A stretch of DNA of 64,000 nucleotides, taken from Eledone cirrhosa (lineage: Eukaryota). The stretch's first letter is position 1, and each line of letters opens with the position of its first letter. Of this stretch, positions 44,626-59,262 are shown in pieces. Where the stretch lies: positions 65,224,001 to 65,288,000 of the forward strand of contig OZ024746.1 in the NCBI GenBank assembly GCA_964016885.1, written 5' to 3'. Both the position numbers and the translations under genes were made by a program. A model generated the notes under the pieces. The model was not told the DNA's origin, did not search any database, and was given only the letters and a program-made list of their open reading frames with translations.

Positions 44626-44703
44626 ATTTCCTGAATATATTACTATGTTTGTTTTGAAGAATTTGGTCCATGTATTAGCTTTGCTTTTTGGAAATCCAAT
44701 CAG
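44626..44703 (+). CDS. INTU: INTU exon (FPEYITMFVLKNLVHVLALLFGNPI); the gene presumably continues downstream
   Basis: cttaacag acceptor, gtaaga donor; phase 2 to 2; fits the INTU helix 'MIENVIQTLKFMYGSL'. Confidence 0.8.
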
Positions 44704-45340
44704 GTAAGAAGTATTTCCTCTTTTAGTAATTTTATTGCCTGATTTCAAGTCAAATTTAGTTATATAAGCTATACTACACCAAAGAGAATGAATTCTATAA
44801 TGTGTATCACCATCATCATCATCATCATTTAAAGTCCATCTTTCGTGCTTGCAAGGATTGGATGTGTTGTTACAGACTAAATCAGTATTCAAGTGTAGCT
44901 ACTGAACTCTAAAATGAACCAGGGGCCTGCATCACCCATATAGTTCTTAGATAGGCTGGGGGTGGGAGGCTGCATTTTGTTTACATACATGCTCATGTTC
45001 TACTGAGTGCATTTTATCCTGCCATCAGTGCTAGTGAGGTTGTCAAGTCTTTGACACACTTAAGTGCCCTCACGACCCTATGTGTGGCAGTTTTTCTATG
45101 GCTTCATGTCAATGTTTTGTTAATGCTTGTTCTGAAATAATTCTATATGGATTCTTTGTCCTATATAAACAACATTGGTTCAGACATTTTGGAAACATTA
45201 CAGAATATCATTTTAGACATTCGTTTGAGATGTCTTGTAATATATAAAGAAAATATATTTTTTCCTTTACTAAGTTTGAACTGAAGTTTTCTGCCAAACT
45301 TTGAAAATATGTTGGATATTTACAGAAAAAATGTTGACTC

Positions 45341-45379
<39 letters not shown>

Positions 45380-46049
45380 CTCTATTTCTCTCTCTCTCTT
45401 GTCACAAATAAATGGCAAGACAGAATCCCATTGAAAGAGGATTGTAAATGAAAACAATTCCATATATAATGCATATTAGTTTTTAGGAATTTTATAAATT
45501 ATGAAATCAGACTCACATTTAGAGTACGGTGTAGAAAGAATAACATATTTTTTTAAATAGTGAATATATTTATTCAACAGTAAATATACTTCTGTCATTT
45601 CTCAAACTTGTCATAATTATTAAGCCATAAAGCAACTGAAGTTGAACACCAACCATTCTTAATCTTCTGGTCTGCTTTTTCCACATAGTGTATTATCCAA
45701 TATATAATAAATTTTTAATGTGATATAATGAGATTTAAGAGAGATATGACTTTTTCTTATAAATGCTTCTTTGTTGGCTTGAGTTTTACCAAAGAGACTG
45801 TCAGGTGATTGGATATTGAAATAAGAAAAATTAAATTGCATCAATCCTGATCAGTATGTTCCTTGGTTCTTGAAAATGATTTTCATAGGATAATATTGAT
45901 TTGAAATTAATCAACTAAACAATGGAAATTAGTTTTTTGTTGCAACCAGTGTTGCGTGCATGCATGCATCAGCCCACAGCTTCCCACCTCATAGCTATAT
46001 GCTGCATGTGCTGATACAGACATGTCCTCCATTTCCCACCAGATCATCC

Positions 46050-46315
46050 TACCAGGGCCTTACTCTTGTTTGATGCGGTGGCTGCAGGCTGGAAGAGGCC
46101 CTGTGGTAGGCCTTGCAGCAGATGGTTGGATATCATCAGGGAAGATCTCCTGAGGCTTGACATCGCCTTGGAGGATGCAGTGGAGCTGGCAAGGGACCAC
46201 CAGTGATGGAGTGCACTGGTGGACCTGGTCAATTCTATGCACAACAATGTTTTGGGATCACTGGCTTAGGATGATCTCGGCCTCGTTGAGCAAGAAGAGA
46301 AGAAGAGGAAGAGAA
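46050..46315 (+). mobile_element. RTE-like LINE 3' end remnant
   Basis: GWKRPCGRPCSRWLDIIREDL..A..LARD..W followed by a (GAA)n-like tail. Confidence 0.6.
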
Positions 46316-47886
46316 TAGATAGTATCAGCAATACAAACAGCAATGGAAACATTGAGTTCCACCCCAGTCAGTAAGTGAATAAGGTCGATTATAAAATATC
46401 TTATGTTATCATAGGTCGTTCTTTATTTTTTTTTTTTTATTTAGAAATGTTATATCACAGTAATGTGTTCTTCTCCAATGGTGTTGTGACTGCTGTTTCT
46501 AGCCATTTATATCAGTGTATATGGCAAAAAAAGAAATGATTGATAGATTTACAGCTATATCTTTAGTGCCTTTTGTTTTTAATAACCAGATGTATATTGA
46601 TGAAGCCATAATATCTCTTCTCTTATTTCTCAAAGTGTCATTGTTTTGTATGGAACATTTTGAACTCTGTAATTTTGTTAATAGTTCCTTTTCAATACCC
46701 TCTTCACATATTAGTTTGGACTAGCAGAAAATAGCAGAAAAACCACCCTTCAGGTGGTTTTCTGCTAGCATCTGTAGTGTGTATATTGATATTATACGTA
46801 GGTATATATATTTGTAGATATGATACATCAAATAAAATCCTAATTGACAATATATAATACATAGAAATTGAACGAAGACTGCGTTACACTGTCTTATTTA
46901 ATCAGTAATGTAATCCATGATACATTATAAAAGACAATATTATATATAAATTGCATTAGGAGAAAATTAGCGACAGAAAATTAGTATGTTTATTTAAGCG
47001 ATGGCCAACCGGAAGTGTTGACATTTCAGAAATTTTAAAGAAGTGAATCTTTAAATAAACAAAATTTATTTAATCAACAGCCACGAAATTTAGTAGATAA
47101 ATTATGTAATATTCATTCATTATTTATTCAAAGTAATCCAACTTATTTTACTAATGGGATAAACAATTATAAACCGTACGCAGTCCTGTGGTCCTCCCTT
47201 TATTATAGTTTAGATTGCTTTAGTTTTTTGGCAGTGAAGGGACAGGTTACCTTTTTATTAAAATTGTGTCCATGTTCTTGTTGTTTAACCCTTTACTCAG
47301 CTCTGATAAATGAAGCCTAGAACTAAAAAGACATTCCAGTCATTACAAACCCACTTTTTGTTTTACTTTTTAGACACTGTATCTAAAATCAGATTATCTT
47401 ATATGTTTTTTTTTTAGAATATAATTTCAGACATTTGTTATTGATGTTTCGAAGAATATAATATTTTTTCTTTTTACTGATTTCAAACCAAACTTTTCTG
47501 TCAAACTTTGAAACTATGCAGGAAATTTACTGAAAAAATATATGAACTGTTATTTTTCTCTGTTGCATCACAATACTGATAAATGAAGAGTAAATATTTA
47601 TGAAAGATACAAGGAAGAGTAAAATAATGTAGAAAGTCAGAAACCCATTGAAAGAATATTGAGTACAGGGCAAGCAAATAAATAGAGGGAGCCTCATGGG
47701 ATCACAAGGGTTTTCGTATATCTTAATACTAGATTCTTAAAGAATTTGTTTTTTGTAAAACATAACACTAAACTGCAAGCTGACAAGTGTATGGAAATCA
47801 CCAAAAACAAATTGTATTTATAGCAGGAATCAGAAAATTGTGTGAGGTAACTACATATCTTATAACAATTGTTTATATAACTAATA

Positions 47887-48275
47887 GGTGGAGGCACATG
47901 GCTTACTGGTTAGAGCATTGGCCTTGCAATCGAAAGGTTGTGAGTTCAATTCTCAGACCGAGTGATGTGTTGTTTCCTTGAGCAAGACACTTTATTTCAT
48001 ATTGCTCCAGTTTACTCAGCTGTAGAAATGAGATGATAGGGACTGGGGTCCATATCATTCCACTGTAGAGTGGTCGTGGAGGTGCCACGGCAAAAAAGCA
48101 CCCAGCCCACACTGTAAAGTGGACGTGTAGGCGCCACGGAAAAAAAGCACCCAGCACTCACTGTAAATGAGGTTGGTGTTAGGAAGGGCATCCAGCTGTA
48201 GAAATCAAGCCAGAATCAGTTCCCGTCCAACCCTTGCAAGCAGGGAAAAGCAGACGTAAAATGAAATGATGATGA
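47887..48275 (+). mobile_element. tRNA-derived SINE with an RTE-derived 3' tail
   Basis: A-box tggcttactgg, B-box gagttcaattc, shared core, then 48060-48225 nearly identical to the RTE 3' UTR at 53735-53885. Confidence 0.8.
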
Positions 48276-48696
48276 ATAACCACAGAACACATGAGGTCAA
48301 AATACTTGTAAAACATAGCAACAAGTCTCAAAATCTATAAACAAAACTGGCTACTTGAATAGAAATGTTTATAACCTTTAATGCTCTGAAAGAAAATAGA
48401 ATTTTAAGAACTCACCTAATACAGATTCATTAAATATATTCTAGAAACGTTCATAACCCCAAATGACCACAAAGAAAATAGAATTCTAAAAACTCACCAA
48501 ATACAGATTGATCAGATATGCTTAAAATGGACTGATTTTTTTCCAATGAGCATTATAAATATATCAGAATTTAAGATATTCACTTTTCCTTGATAGTTAC
48601 TTTTAGCTTTTAGCCCTTAAACAGTCCACAAGAGAAGTTTTTCTATTAATTGCTTGGATAATCTCAGTTAATTAAAGTTTTCCAACTCACTGTTTC

Positions 48697-48840
48697 ACAT
48701 ATGTGAGGCCATGATGTATGACATATGTGAGGCCATGCTGTATGACATATGTGAGGCCATGCCATATGACATATGTGAAGCCATGCTGTAGGGAATGTGA
48801 GGCCATGCTGTATGACATGTGAGGCCTTGCTGTGTGACAT
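48697..48840. repeat. ~24-bp minisatellite (gacatatgtgaggccatgctgtat)
   Basis: About six degenerate units. Confidence 0.85.
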
Positions 48841-48884
48841 TAAATCTCTTACTTGCAAAAAATCGAAAGACGTTTGTAAATTGG

Positions 48885-48919
<35 letters not shown>

Positions 48920-48933
48920 AAACTATCTCTCTC

Positions 48934-48975
<42 letters not shown>

Positions 48976-49164
48976 ATGGAAGAACATGAATAATGCTAGC
49001 ATCGTCACCATTTGATGTTGATTTTCCATAGATGTATGGGTTAGACGACCGGTCAAATCATATGTCTAAATTGGTTAGTATGATCCATTCTTTGTATGAT
49101 CCATTTTGGGCTTCATTTCTATAAGTAGATAATCTTCCTATTACTAACTACTTTACTGCATATA

Positions 49165-49529
49165 CTGGGTGAGTCAAAATTATGTTAACACTTTTCTCGA
49201 TCAAACATTTCCAAATCGTTGGATAGGTCGTGGTGGACCATTGGCCTTGCACACTCCCCTGATCTGACACCCTGTGACTTCTGGTTATGAGGCATGGTAA
49301 AGGAGTGCGTGTATAGCAAAAAAGTTACCGACATCGATGAACTCAAGGACAGAATACAAGGTGTCATATCAAGTATTCCCCGCAAAATATGTGTCCAGGC
49401 ACTAAATTGTACTGTTGATCGCTGGTTATTGTGTATGGATCATGCTGGTGACCAGGTTGAGACTGTTCAGTAAATTCTGAATAAATGATTTCTCCCATAC
49501 TAGTGTTAACATAATTTTGACTCACCCTG
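49165..49529 (+). mobile_element. Internally deleted Tc1/mariner element (rosa/DD41D-like C-terminus)
   Basis: 27-bp TIRs c(t/a)gggtgagtcaaaattatgttaacac, TA TSDs, residual SPDLTPCDFWL*GMVKECVY..DELKDRI. Confidence 0.85.
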
Positions 49530-50676
49530 TACTGGGAGCAGTTTATTGTGACTTTGGTACTATCACCTTACAGTACTAATGCAAGATATAAAATAGGATT
49601 ATGGAAACTGAAATAAATGAAGTTGTAAGAAACTTGAGACTGTATTTCTAGATTAGTATATTTGGTTAAACAAGACAAAGAAGATATCAGTGTTACATGG
49701 TAAGTAAAAAACAAAACATTTCATTTCACAATATGAATAAATATGATACAAAGAAATGTCAGACACTACAAATACTCTATACAAAATCTAAACCAATAAA
49801 GGCACCCCTATGTGGTCGATTGACCTGCTGGAAATAACAACCAAACCTTCTTTAAATCCCACTTTATTGTCTTAAAAAGGGTATGATTCACTGGATAATT
49901 TAGTTCTAGGTAAATTACACCTGAATAAAAAAAATAAAATGGTATGATAATAGTTCATATCCCCTGTGTCACAGGTATGTTCAATCATTGCTGACCTAAA
50001 GCTAGACAGCAATAATATAAACAGACTAAAGAAATGCTGAACTAACAGCTACCAGTCAACATAGCCATGAGTTCTTTTTTATAATTTTCCAATCACTTTG
50101 AGAAAAAGTGTATGTTAAAATGAACTGATTATGCCACAAACCTATGAACAATCCATTCTTTTGACACACTTATGAAGCTTAACCACATATATTTTCATAT
50201 AATTGTTTCTACTTTTGGCACAAGGCCAGCAATTACCCAGTACATTACTGGTACTTTATTTTATTGACCCCGTAAGGATGAAAAACAAAGTTAAACTCAG
50301 CGGGATTTGAACTCAGAGTGGCAAGGGCCGTAAATCTATGCGTCAAAGCATGGCGTCGGCCTTCTACCGATACTGCCAAATGTCCACTGAGCACTGTTGA
50401 CACTCCCTGACATATCACCATGGAACAATGGCATGAATCAAATTACTTAGAGACACACACACACACACACATAGTCACACACAGAGACACTGACAAACAC
50501 CCACGCATATATATATAGACACATACACACATGCAAATATAGTCACACACAGTCACACACACACATATATATATATATAGACACATACATGCAAATATAG
50601 TCACGCACACATTCACACACAAACACACACGCATATATATATATATAGACACATACACACATGCAAATATAGTCAC

Positions 50677-50733
<57 letters not shown>

Positions 50734-51079
50734 GACACGTACACACATGCAAATATAGTCACACACACACACACAAACACACACGCATATATATATATAT
50801 AGACACATACACACATGCAAATATAGTCACACACACACACACAAACACACACGCATATATATATATATATAGACACATACACACATGCAAATATAGTCAC
50901 ACACACACACAGTCACACACAAACACACACGCATATATATATATATAGAGACACATACACACATGCAAATATAGTCACACACACAAACACACACACATAT
51001 ATATATATAGACACATATACACATGCAAATATAGTCACACACACACACAAACACACACACGCATATATATATATATATA

Positions 51080-52277
51080 TTAGGTTGTCTCACATGAAAT
51101 GTTGTATTTGAAATGGAAAGAATAAAATTGTTTTTAAGTGTTTAATTTATTCAAAATATGATCCTTGTTTACACATGACCTTCGGCCAACCTTCCTCTAA
51201 GGCATATATTCCATCTTCAAAGAGTTTAACATCTTTTGCACTGATAAACTGTCCGAATGCTTCAATTACCTCTTCTCTATTTAAGAATGTTTTATTGCGT
51301 ATAAAAAGCTAAAAATGCTTAAATAAGTGATAATCAGTAGGGGAGATATCAGGAGAATAGGGAGAATGTTGCAAAATTTCATAATTCAGACATTGCAACT
51401 TGTGGACCTTAGCTTGAGAGGTGTGAGGCCGTGCATTATCGTGAAGCAAAATTGGGCCATCTCTATTCACTAGTCTGGGATGCTTCTTCTTCAATTTTTC
51501 ATTCATACGATCAATTTCCTGACAATATGATGTTGCTGTTAGAGTATTGCCTTGTTGCAAAAATGAATAATGAATAATCCCCTTTGCAGACCACCATACA
51601 GTGACCATCAACTTCTTAGGTAGGGTGCAATGGTGGTTTCGGGTAGTGTTTCGGTGACTCTTCTGCATCTAACCACTGTCCAGTCCTTCTGCTGTTATCG
51701 AAAAGTATCCATTTCTCATCACACATAATGAGTTGATGCAAAAATGGATCTCTTTCGAGCCGAGAAACCAGCATTGAGCACACTGTAAGACGCCTGTTTC
51801 TTTGAATCTCATGAAGTTGATGTGGAACAAACCTGTCCTTTTTGACTTTTCCAATTTTCTTCAGGTGTCGACAAACAGTTGAGCGAGATGTCTGGAGCTC
51901 AGATGAGATTTTTCGAACCATTGTTCTCGGATTTTGTTTAACAAAAGCATTCAATTTATCATGGTGAATTACTGATATGGTCTCCCCCTCGGTTCATTAT
52001 TAAGGCTCTCATTTCCTGAACATCTTCAAAACTATCTCTGGACAGTTCTGATGTCAACAGAATCTGATGTCAACAGAATTGTATTCATACAAGAAAACCA
52101 CTCGGTATTGTTTAGTTGTCAACATTGTCATAGGATTGTGGGTAGCCATTTTGAATGGTAATATTGTTTGGAATAAAAGATAGTTAAGATTAAACACAAG
52201 CATACACATAATCGAGCTTATAAATGGCTGATAAAGAAACTTATTAAAAATACGGCATTTCATGTGAGACAACCTAA
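51080..52277 (-). mobile_element. Near full-length mariner (DD34D) transposon, frameshifted
   Basis: TIRs ttaggttgtctcacatgaaatg; TA target; motifs FVPHQL, CDEKW, HDNARPHT, YSPDISPTDYHLF. Confidence 0.93.
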
Positions 52278-52565
52278 TATATATATACACATGCAAATAT
52301 AGTCACACACACACACACACAGTCACACACAGTCACACACAAACACACACACACATATATATATATAGACACATAGACACATGCAAATATAGTCACACAC
52401 ACACACATAGTCACACAGAAACACACACGCATATATATATATATATATATAGACACATACACACATGCAAATATAGACTCTCACACACACACCCACAAAC
52501 ACACACACATATATATATATATATAGACATACACACATGCAAATATAGTCACACACAAACACACA

Positions 52566-52605
<40 letters not shown>

Positions 52606-52616
52606 TGCAAATATAG

Positions 52617-52651
<35 letters not shown>

Positions 52652-52655
52652 CTCA

Positions 52656-52695
<40 letters not shown>

Positions 52696-52748
52696 CACAC
52701 ATGCAAATATAGTCACACACACACACAGTCACACACAAACACACACGC

Positions 52749-52781
<33 letters not shown>

Positions 52782-52842
52782 TACACACATGCAAATATAG
52801 TCTCACACACACACAAACACACACACATATAAATATATATAT

Positions 52843-53998
52843 ACAAGGTCCTTGTAAGTAGACGAGAAAACAGAACCCAGATCCCCTCAGGGAAATGGCC
52901 TTGCTCAGTATGTAGGAAAGGTGTAGGTAGGAACTCCATTCTCTGCCCCAAATGCAAACAATGGGTACACAAGAGATGTAGCGGGATCTCAGGAAGCTTA
53001 ATTAAGAATGTAGGATTCACATGCAGCAGCTGTGCTGAAACAGCAAGCAGCAAACAGCCACAGGAAACAAGTACCACCAATCTCTGGGAGGGCCCTGTAG
53101 AAACAGTAGACAGCTTCTGCTACCTAGGTGACCGAATTAGCAATGGAGGTGGGTGTTCAGAAAGTACAATAACTAGGGTAAGAACGGGATGGAAGAAGTT
53201 TAGGGAACTACTACCACTGCTAGCTGCAAAAGACTTCTCCCTCAGAATGAAAGGCAGACTGTATGATGCGTGTATCCGAACAGCGATGTTGCATGGTAGT
53301 GAGACCTGGGCGCTGAAGGTGGAAGACTTACGTAGATTAGAGAGAAACGAAGCCTGCATGCTCTGATGGATGTGTAACAGTAATATTCGTGAACGACAAA
53401 GCATAAATGAATTGAGAGAGAGACTGAGCATAAGAGGAATCAAATGCTGTATGCAGGAGAGGCGGTTGCGCTGGTATGGACATGTGATGCGTATGAAGGA
53501 TGACAGCTGCATAAAAAGGTGCAGAGCACTAGAAGTTGATGGAAACCGCGGAGTGGGGAGACCCAAGATGACCTGGGATGAGGTGATAAAAGCCGACCTT
53601 ACCCAATTACACCTCTCAAAGACAATGACACACGACCGTGACTTCTGGCGTCACGCAGTAATACAGAGTACCCGACCTCCCATGGGTACAAGCTGAAGCA
53701 TATAAAGAATATGCCCCCACACCCCTCACCGCAAGGTGGTCGTGGAGGTGCCACGGCAAAAAAGCACCCAGCCCACACTGTAAAGTGGACGTGTAGGCGC
53801 CACAAAAAAGCACCCAGCACTCACTGTAAATGAGGTTGGTGTTAGGAAGGGCATCCAGCTGTAGAAATCAAGCCAGATCAGTTCCTGTATGAGCAAGGCA
53901 TGGTCAGCCGACCAGACACTGCCCACAACAGGACAACCCATCTAACCCATGCTAGCGTGGATGAACGGACGTAAAACGGTGATGATGATGATGATGAT
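52843..53998 (+). mobile_element. 5'-truncated RTE LINE with a PHD-like Cys finger after the RT
   Basis: KWPCSVCRKGVGRNSILCPKCKQWVHKRCSG..C..C; VDSFCYLGD; RRLRWYGHV; an in-frame TGA; (GAT)n tail. Confidence 0.9.
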
Positions 53999-54102
53999 AT
54001 ATAGACACATACACACATGCAAATATAGTCACAGACACACACAAACACACACGCATATATATATATATGTATGTATATATACACACACACATGCAAATAT
54101 AG

Positions 54103-54145
<43 letters not shown>

Positions 54146-55017
54146 AACACACACATATATATATATATATAGACACATACACACATGCAAATATAGTCAC
54201 ACACAGTCACACACAAACACGCACGCATATATATATATATACATACACACATGAAAATATAGTCACACACACACAGTCACTCACAAACCCACACACACAT
54301 ATATATAGACACATACACACATCACATATAGTCACACACACACACACACATATATATATATAGACACATACACGCATGCAAATATAGTCACACACAGACA
54401 CACAGTCACACACAAACACACACGCATATATATATATAGACACATACACACATGCAAATATAGTCACACACAAACACACACGCATCTTTTCCTGGGTCCT
54501 GTATTTTTGTTGCTCTGGTAATGCAGCTGGACTGCCGACCGCTATATCTGATTTGCTAAGCAGTCTGAACGTAATGTTATTACTCTGGGGTCTTACCTCA
54601 TCCGAGTGCTAAAGCTACAGACCGATTATGCATATACGCTAGCTTGGCCATATACTAAAGCTTCGTCAATGCTGTACTAAAATTTAAATATATATATATA
54701 TATATAGACACATACACACATGCAAATATAGTCACACACACAGTCACACACAAACATACACACACATATATATAGACACATACACACGCGCAAATATAGT
54801 CACACACACACACAGTCACACACACACATATATATATATAGACACATACATACATGCAAATATAGTCACACACACACACACACACAAACACGAGCTCTCA
54901 CTCTCTTTTGCTTCCATAGGGAACAGTTTTATAGTGTGTCACTCAGATAAAATTAGTCACTCCGATACTCATTTATAACAGAAATTTGTAAATTTTCACT
55001 AAAAGTTGTGCACTTAA

Positions 55018-55238
55018 CCCTTTAGCAATTACATTACTCTATATATACTATTGTATTTTCATTTTAAACACTTTATTTCACATAATTATCTCACATAATA
55101 TCGAATCTATGAGATTTTTATATTATTTATTTTAAGAACAATACCATAACATCAGTATGAGCGACCAGTTACAGCCGGTTTGAGCAAAAAGAGGTGAGGG
55201 AATTCTGGCCGGATATGGTTGGTTTAAATGCTAAAGGG
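55018..55238. mobile_element. TTAA-flanked piggyBac-type MITE
   Basis: ttaa|CCCTTTAGCA..TGCTAAAGGG|ttaa. Confidence 0.8.
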
Positions 55239-56329
55239 TTAATTTCAATAAACATTCTAATAGTTACAATAGATGGAGATTTTCAACTGTTAATCACCTA
55301 ACAACACAAAGATGGAGTCTAGTAAAGACATATGTCTTAATAATTGTTTCTAATTTTTGGCACAAGGCCAGCAATTACCCTAGTGCATTACTGGTGCTTT
55401 ATTTTATCGAGCCCGTTAGGATGAAATACAAAGCTAACCTCGGTTGGATTTGAACTCAGAACGCAAAGGGCCATAACTCTATGCTGCGAAGGATGGTGTC
55501 TAACACTCTACCAATACTGCTATTCCACCGCCTTATGTCTTAAAAATGCTGAAGAACCAGAGGCAGTTTAATATAAAACTGCTTATAGAAAAATATAATC
55601 CTGAACTAGCTAAACCCAATTTCATTGTTTTATATATCATTAATGTTGTCATCAAACTGAAAGATGTCCTATATTCTACAGCAATTCTATATTGTTCATT
55701 TGAGGATTTAAACTATACAGTTGAAAAATAACTAAACCCAAAGAAGTACTTTTCATCTCAAACATACAACATTTCTGGACCTTAGGAAGAAACAGAAAAC
55801 CAGTTAAACCTCCTTCTAAGGTTCAGTGAACATGCTTCTTTATGTAAATTCTTTGTAATCAAGACTCAGTAGTAGAGCTTATAAACTTGTTTGTTTTGTA
55901 TTAACAGAATTGATAGGCACTACAATTTATCTAGTGTTTGTGATCTACACACTCTGTAAAGTGGCTAGTGAGAGGACAGACATCTAGTCATAGAAGGCTT
56001 ACTGAATGAAAAGTCAGTAGGAATCTTCAGTTGTGTCAAAAACATGACAGCCTCTCTTGTGTTTGGGATCAACATAAATGCATTTAGTGCATCCTATAAA
56101 AGCATTTATGATAGGAAGGTTATCCAGCCATAGAAAACCTGCCAAAGAAAAGATTGATAGGATCTTTAGCTGTGTGAAAGATATGAAAACCTCGCCAGTG
56201 CTGATGCCACTCAGTAGATATAAGCGAGATGCATTATTGAACATAAGGCTTATGTGGTAGCATAGTGCATTGAATGTTTGAGACATTCTGTTATGAAAAT
56301 ATTTCCCTCTGCAACCTGTCTAAGTGGGT

Positions 56330-56485
56330 TCAGAAGGGAGCAAACCATAATAATTGGTACCTGGAACATCACAACCCTTATAGGTAAGGATCAAGGATTA
56401 GTGAAGGAGGCTAGATACTACTGAATGAATATAGTCAGGGTTTCTTCAACAATGTTCCATGGCTCTGGTACAGTAGATTTGGACA
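56330..56485 (+). mobile_element. LINE AP-endonuclease N-terminal remnant
   Basis: IIGTWNITTLIGKDQGLVKEA..IV.VSST..HGSG. Confidence 0.6.
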
Positions 56486-58164
56486 TTACTCCAAGACCCT
56501 TTGGAGGGACCCCATTTTGACTGCTTGTATTTGTGATCGTATTCTTTCAGTCATTACCAGAGATTCATGACCATTGATAAGGGTTGGCATGAATACTGAA
56601 TAGAAGATAATAAGTTTGGTTATTTATTCCCCACAACATTCTACTTTCCTACATCATTATCTGAGAAGGATTCTAAAGGGATATCTTTCCATAAAACAAG
56701 CAACATCAATGCTACAGATATTCTCCAGACATCCATATTTTGTAATATGGTTATTTGAATTGTACTGTTTAATTCAATTGTTGGAGAAAAAAATCATGTT
56801 TCCATTTTATAAAAGTTGGTTTTTAAATTTATTTAAAATCTAGTGCAGAATTTCAGCTTCAAAGATTACATCAGTAATATTAATTTTTTAAAATAAACCA
56901 AAGGATTAAGAATGACATTTTTCTTTTGAAAGATATCCTACTATCTGTTTCAATACTACGATTATTTTATTATCTGAAATCTAACCTTTACTTTATAATT
57001 ATTCCACAAGTTACATTTACACATAGCAAGCAATGTTTTGAACATAAATGTAACTGTAAAAAAGTGCCTCCTGGCAGACTAGTTAAAAATATTCAATTAC
57101 TCGAGGCATGAAAATTCTTTGTGAATATCCTTCTCCCTGAGAGCACAGGATGTGTTTGATGGCCAATAAGTTCATCTAATCATTTTAAAAGTTACATGAG
57201 AAATTATCAACTTAAGATCTTACACATTCTAGAAAAATAACCATCAACATAAAAAAAAAGTATTCATATCAAAATTTTGATCTAAAATTAAAAAGAAACT
57301 AGCAGCCTTGGAAATATCATTATCGAAGTTTCACATTAAGGAAAGATGTAATGTATTTCTAAATTGTAAAGCTATTTTTTGTTAGTTTGTTCATTGTATT
57401 ATTATTGTAAACAATTTATGTTGGTTAAGATGAATTTTCTGTTATATTTGAAAGTAATATGACAATATATTGTACTACAATAATAGTTATGGTTTGTATA
57501 AAGGAGAGCAATGGAATGCAGAATAAAAAATACAATGCTGGAATAAAAGATCACTAAATTTATTTAAGCTGCTTTACATTTTGAATGTAAATCCATCTGT
57601 AGTTGAGATATTTAGTACTACAGTTGATTAGATCAACTTTGCCTTTCTCACAAAATCTGTGTTACCAAAATTTGCTAAGAGTAGGGTATATTTATGGCTG
57701 AATTAAATAGTGTATAGTCCTAAAGAATGTAAGGATTAATTAAATAGTTAAACAGATATTAGAATTATTATTACTTCTTTGAAATTTCCTATGTTAGTAT
57801 ATTGCAATATTGTGTAAATGATTCTTCTGGTGATGATAGATGTGGAGGAGGAAAATTTGGAATGAGTTACAAAAATCAATATGCTTGAAAATGTTAGTCT
57901 ACTCCAGTGATTGCGAAAATTGGCTTCAGCTTATTCTTTTAGTATGTAGATCAAGATGGTCCTGAGCTTGTGGCAGTAAATGTTAAATGAAACTGGACAT
58001 AAGTTTTTGCCAGTACCATCTGGATTAGAATAAAAGGAATTTAGACTTACTGTAAAATTAGTTAGTGTTAAAGAAGCTGCAGGTCTGATGCAAATAAAAA
58101 AAATACACCTTGTTCATATAGGAGGATATTAAATACAGATAGATTTAATTTATGGTGGTGTTTA

Positions 58165-59262
58165 TTAGCTGAAAAGGCATATGACTGCATTTCCTGGGAC
58201 TTGCTGTGGAAGGTTTTGCATGAATATGGGATTAATGATCAGCTTCTTGTAGCCCTGATGTTTTTATACAAATGCCTGAGTATTTGTGTTTGGATAAATG
58301 CTACTAAATTGAAGTCTTTCAATGTGGAAGTTGGACTCCACGAAGGGTGCATGCTGTCATCTCTCTTGTTCATTATTTTCATGAACAGGATTGACACACA
58401 CAACCAGGTTGCAAGTGGTGTCACAACAGGCAAGTGGAAAATCAGTCACCTGGAATTTTCAGACAACATGGTGTTACCAAACTTGACGGAAGGTGATCTC
58501 TGACTTGCACTTGATTGGTTTGATGCTGAGTGCTGCATGGCTTGAATGAAAATCAGTGCTGCAAATATTGAGACACTCATCCTCTCAAGGAAGCCTATGC
58601 AGTGCACCCTACATATGAATGGAGTTCCCCTGAAGCAGGTGGAGAAGTTCAAGTATTGTCTTGGGGCTTTGTTCATGAGTGATAGAAGGCAGGAGGCTGA
58701 ATTAAGTGCAAGAATTGCAGGAGGTGGTGCAGTAATGTGCCAGCTTCAGCATTCAGTAATCAGAAGAAGGGAGGTAGATGAAAAAGTCAAACTCACAATT
58801 TTCAAATCGGTATTTGTACCAATCCTGACCTATGGTGGTTATTCTTGGGTAATGACTGAAAGAATATAATCACGAATACAAGTTGCCAATATGGGATTCT
58901 TCTGGAGGGTCTTTGGAGTAACTTTATTCGATAGAGTGTGTAGCTCAGAGATTCACTCCAGGTAGAACTGCTACTTCTCTAAATTGAGAGATCACAGCTC
59001 TGATACTATGGGAATGTGGTTAGAATGTCTCAGGAAAGGATCGGGGGACAGATTTTATGGGCAAAACCAACCAGGAGGAGACCCAGTGGTAGACCCCGAG
59101 CAAGATGGTTGGACAACATCCATGAGATTCGTTGGTCTCGCTTGGGGATGAAGCAGGATCAGGTGGGGCTGGTTGATTCTGAAAGGACCTGGTGGAAGAA
59201 GTGTTTGAGGACAGCCACCATGATCTTCTCAGGAATATGTGGGTGAAGAAGAAGAAGACCAG
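58165..59262 (+). mobile_element. Decayed RTE-clade LINE (RT to 3' end)
   Basis: EKAYD..; GLHEGCMLSSLLFIIFM; HLEFSDN; KQVEKFKY; PILTYG; GRPRARWLD; (GAA)n tail. Confidence 0.85.

Larger units (their letters stand above)
50450..54892. repeat. ~60-bp compound minisatellite [gacacatacacacATGCAAATatagtc(AC)n aaacacacacgc(AT)n] interrupted by insertions
   Basis: Dozens of units, split by a mariner, an RTE and a 200-bp insert. Confidence 0.9.

Noticed and set aside
47887-47965. tRNA gene
   Set aside because: A and B boxes are present but there is no clean cloverleaf, and it continues into a SINE core.
50450-54892. Constant unit with variable spacer, superficially CRISPR-like
   Set aside because: Spacers are only AC/AT runs, the context is a eukaryotic intron, and there are no cas genes.
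57930-57990. Possible further INTU exon (ttttag/TATGTAGATCAAGATGGT..)
   Set aside because: No recognisable similarity to the expected next INTU segment, and no convincing phase-compatible frame and donor.
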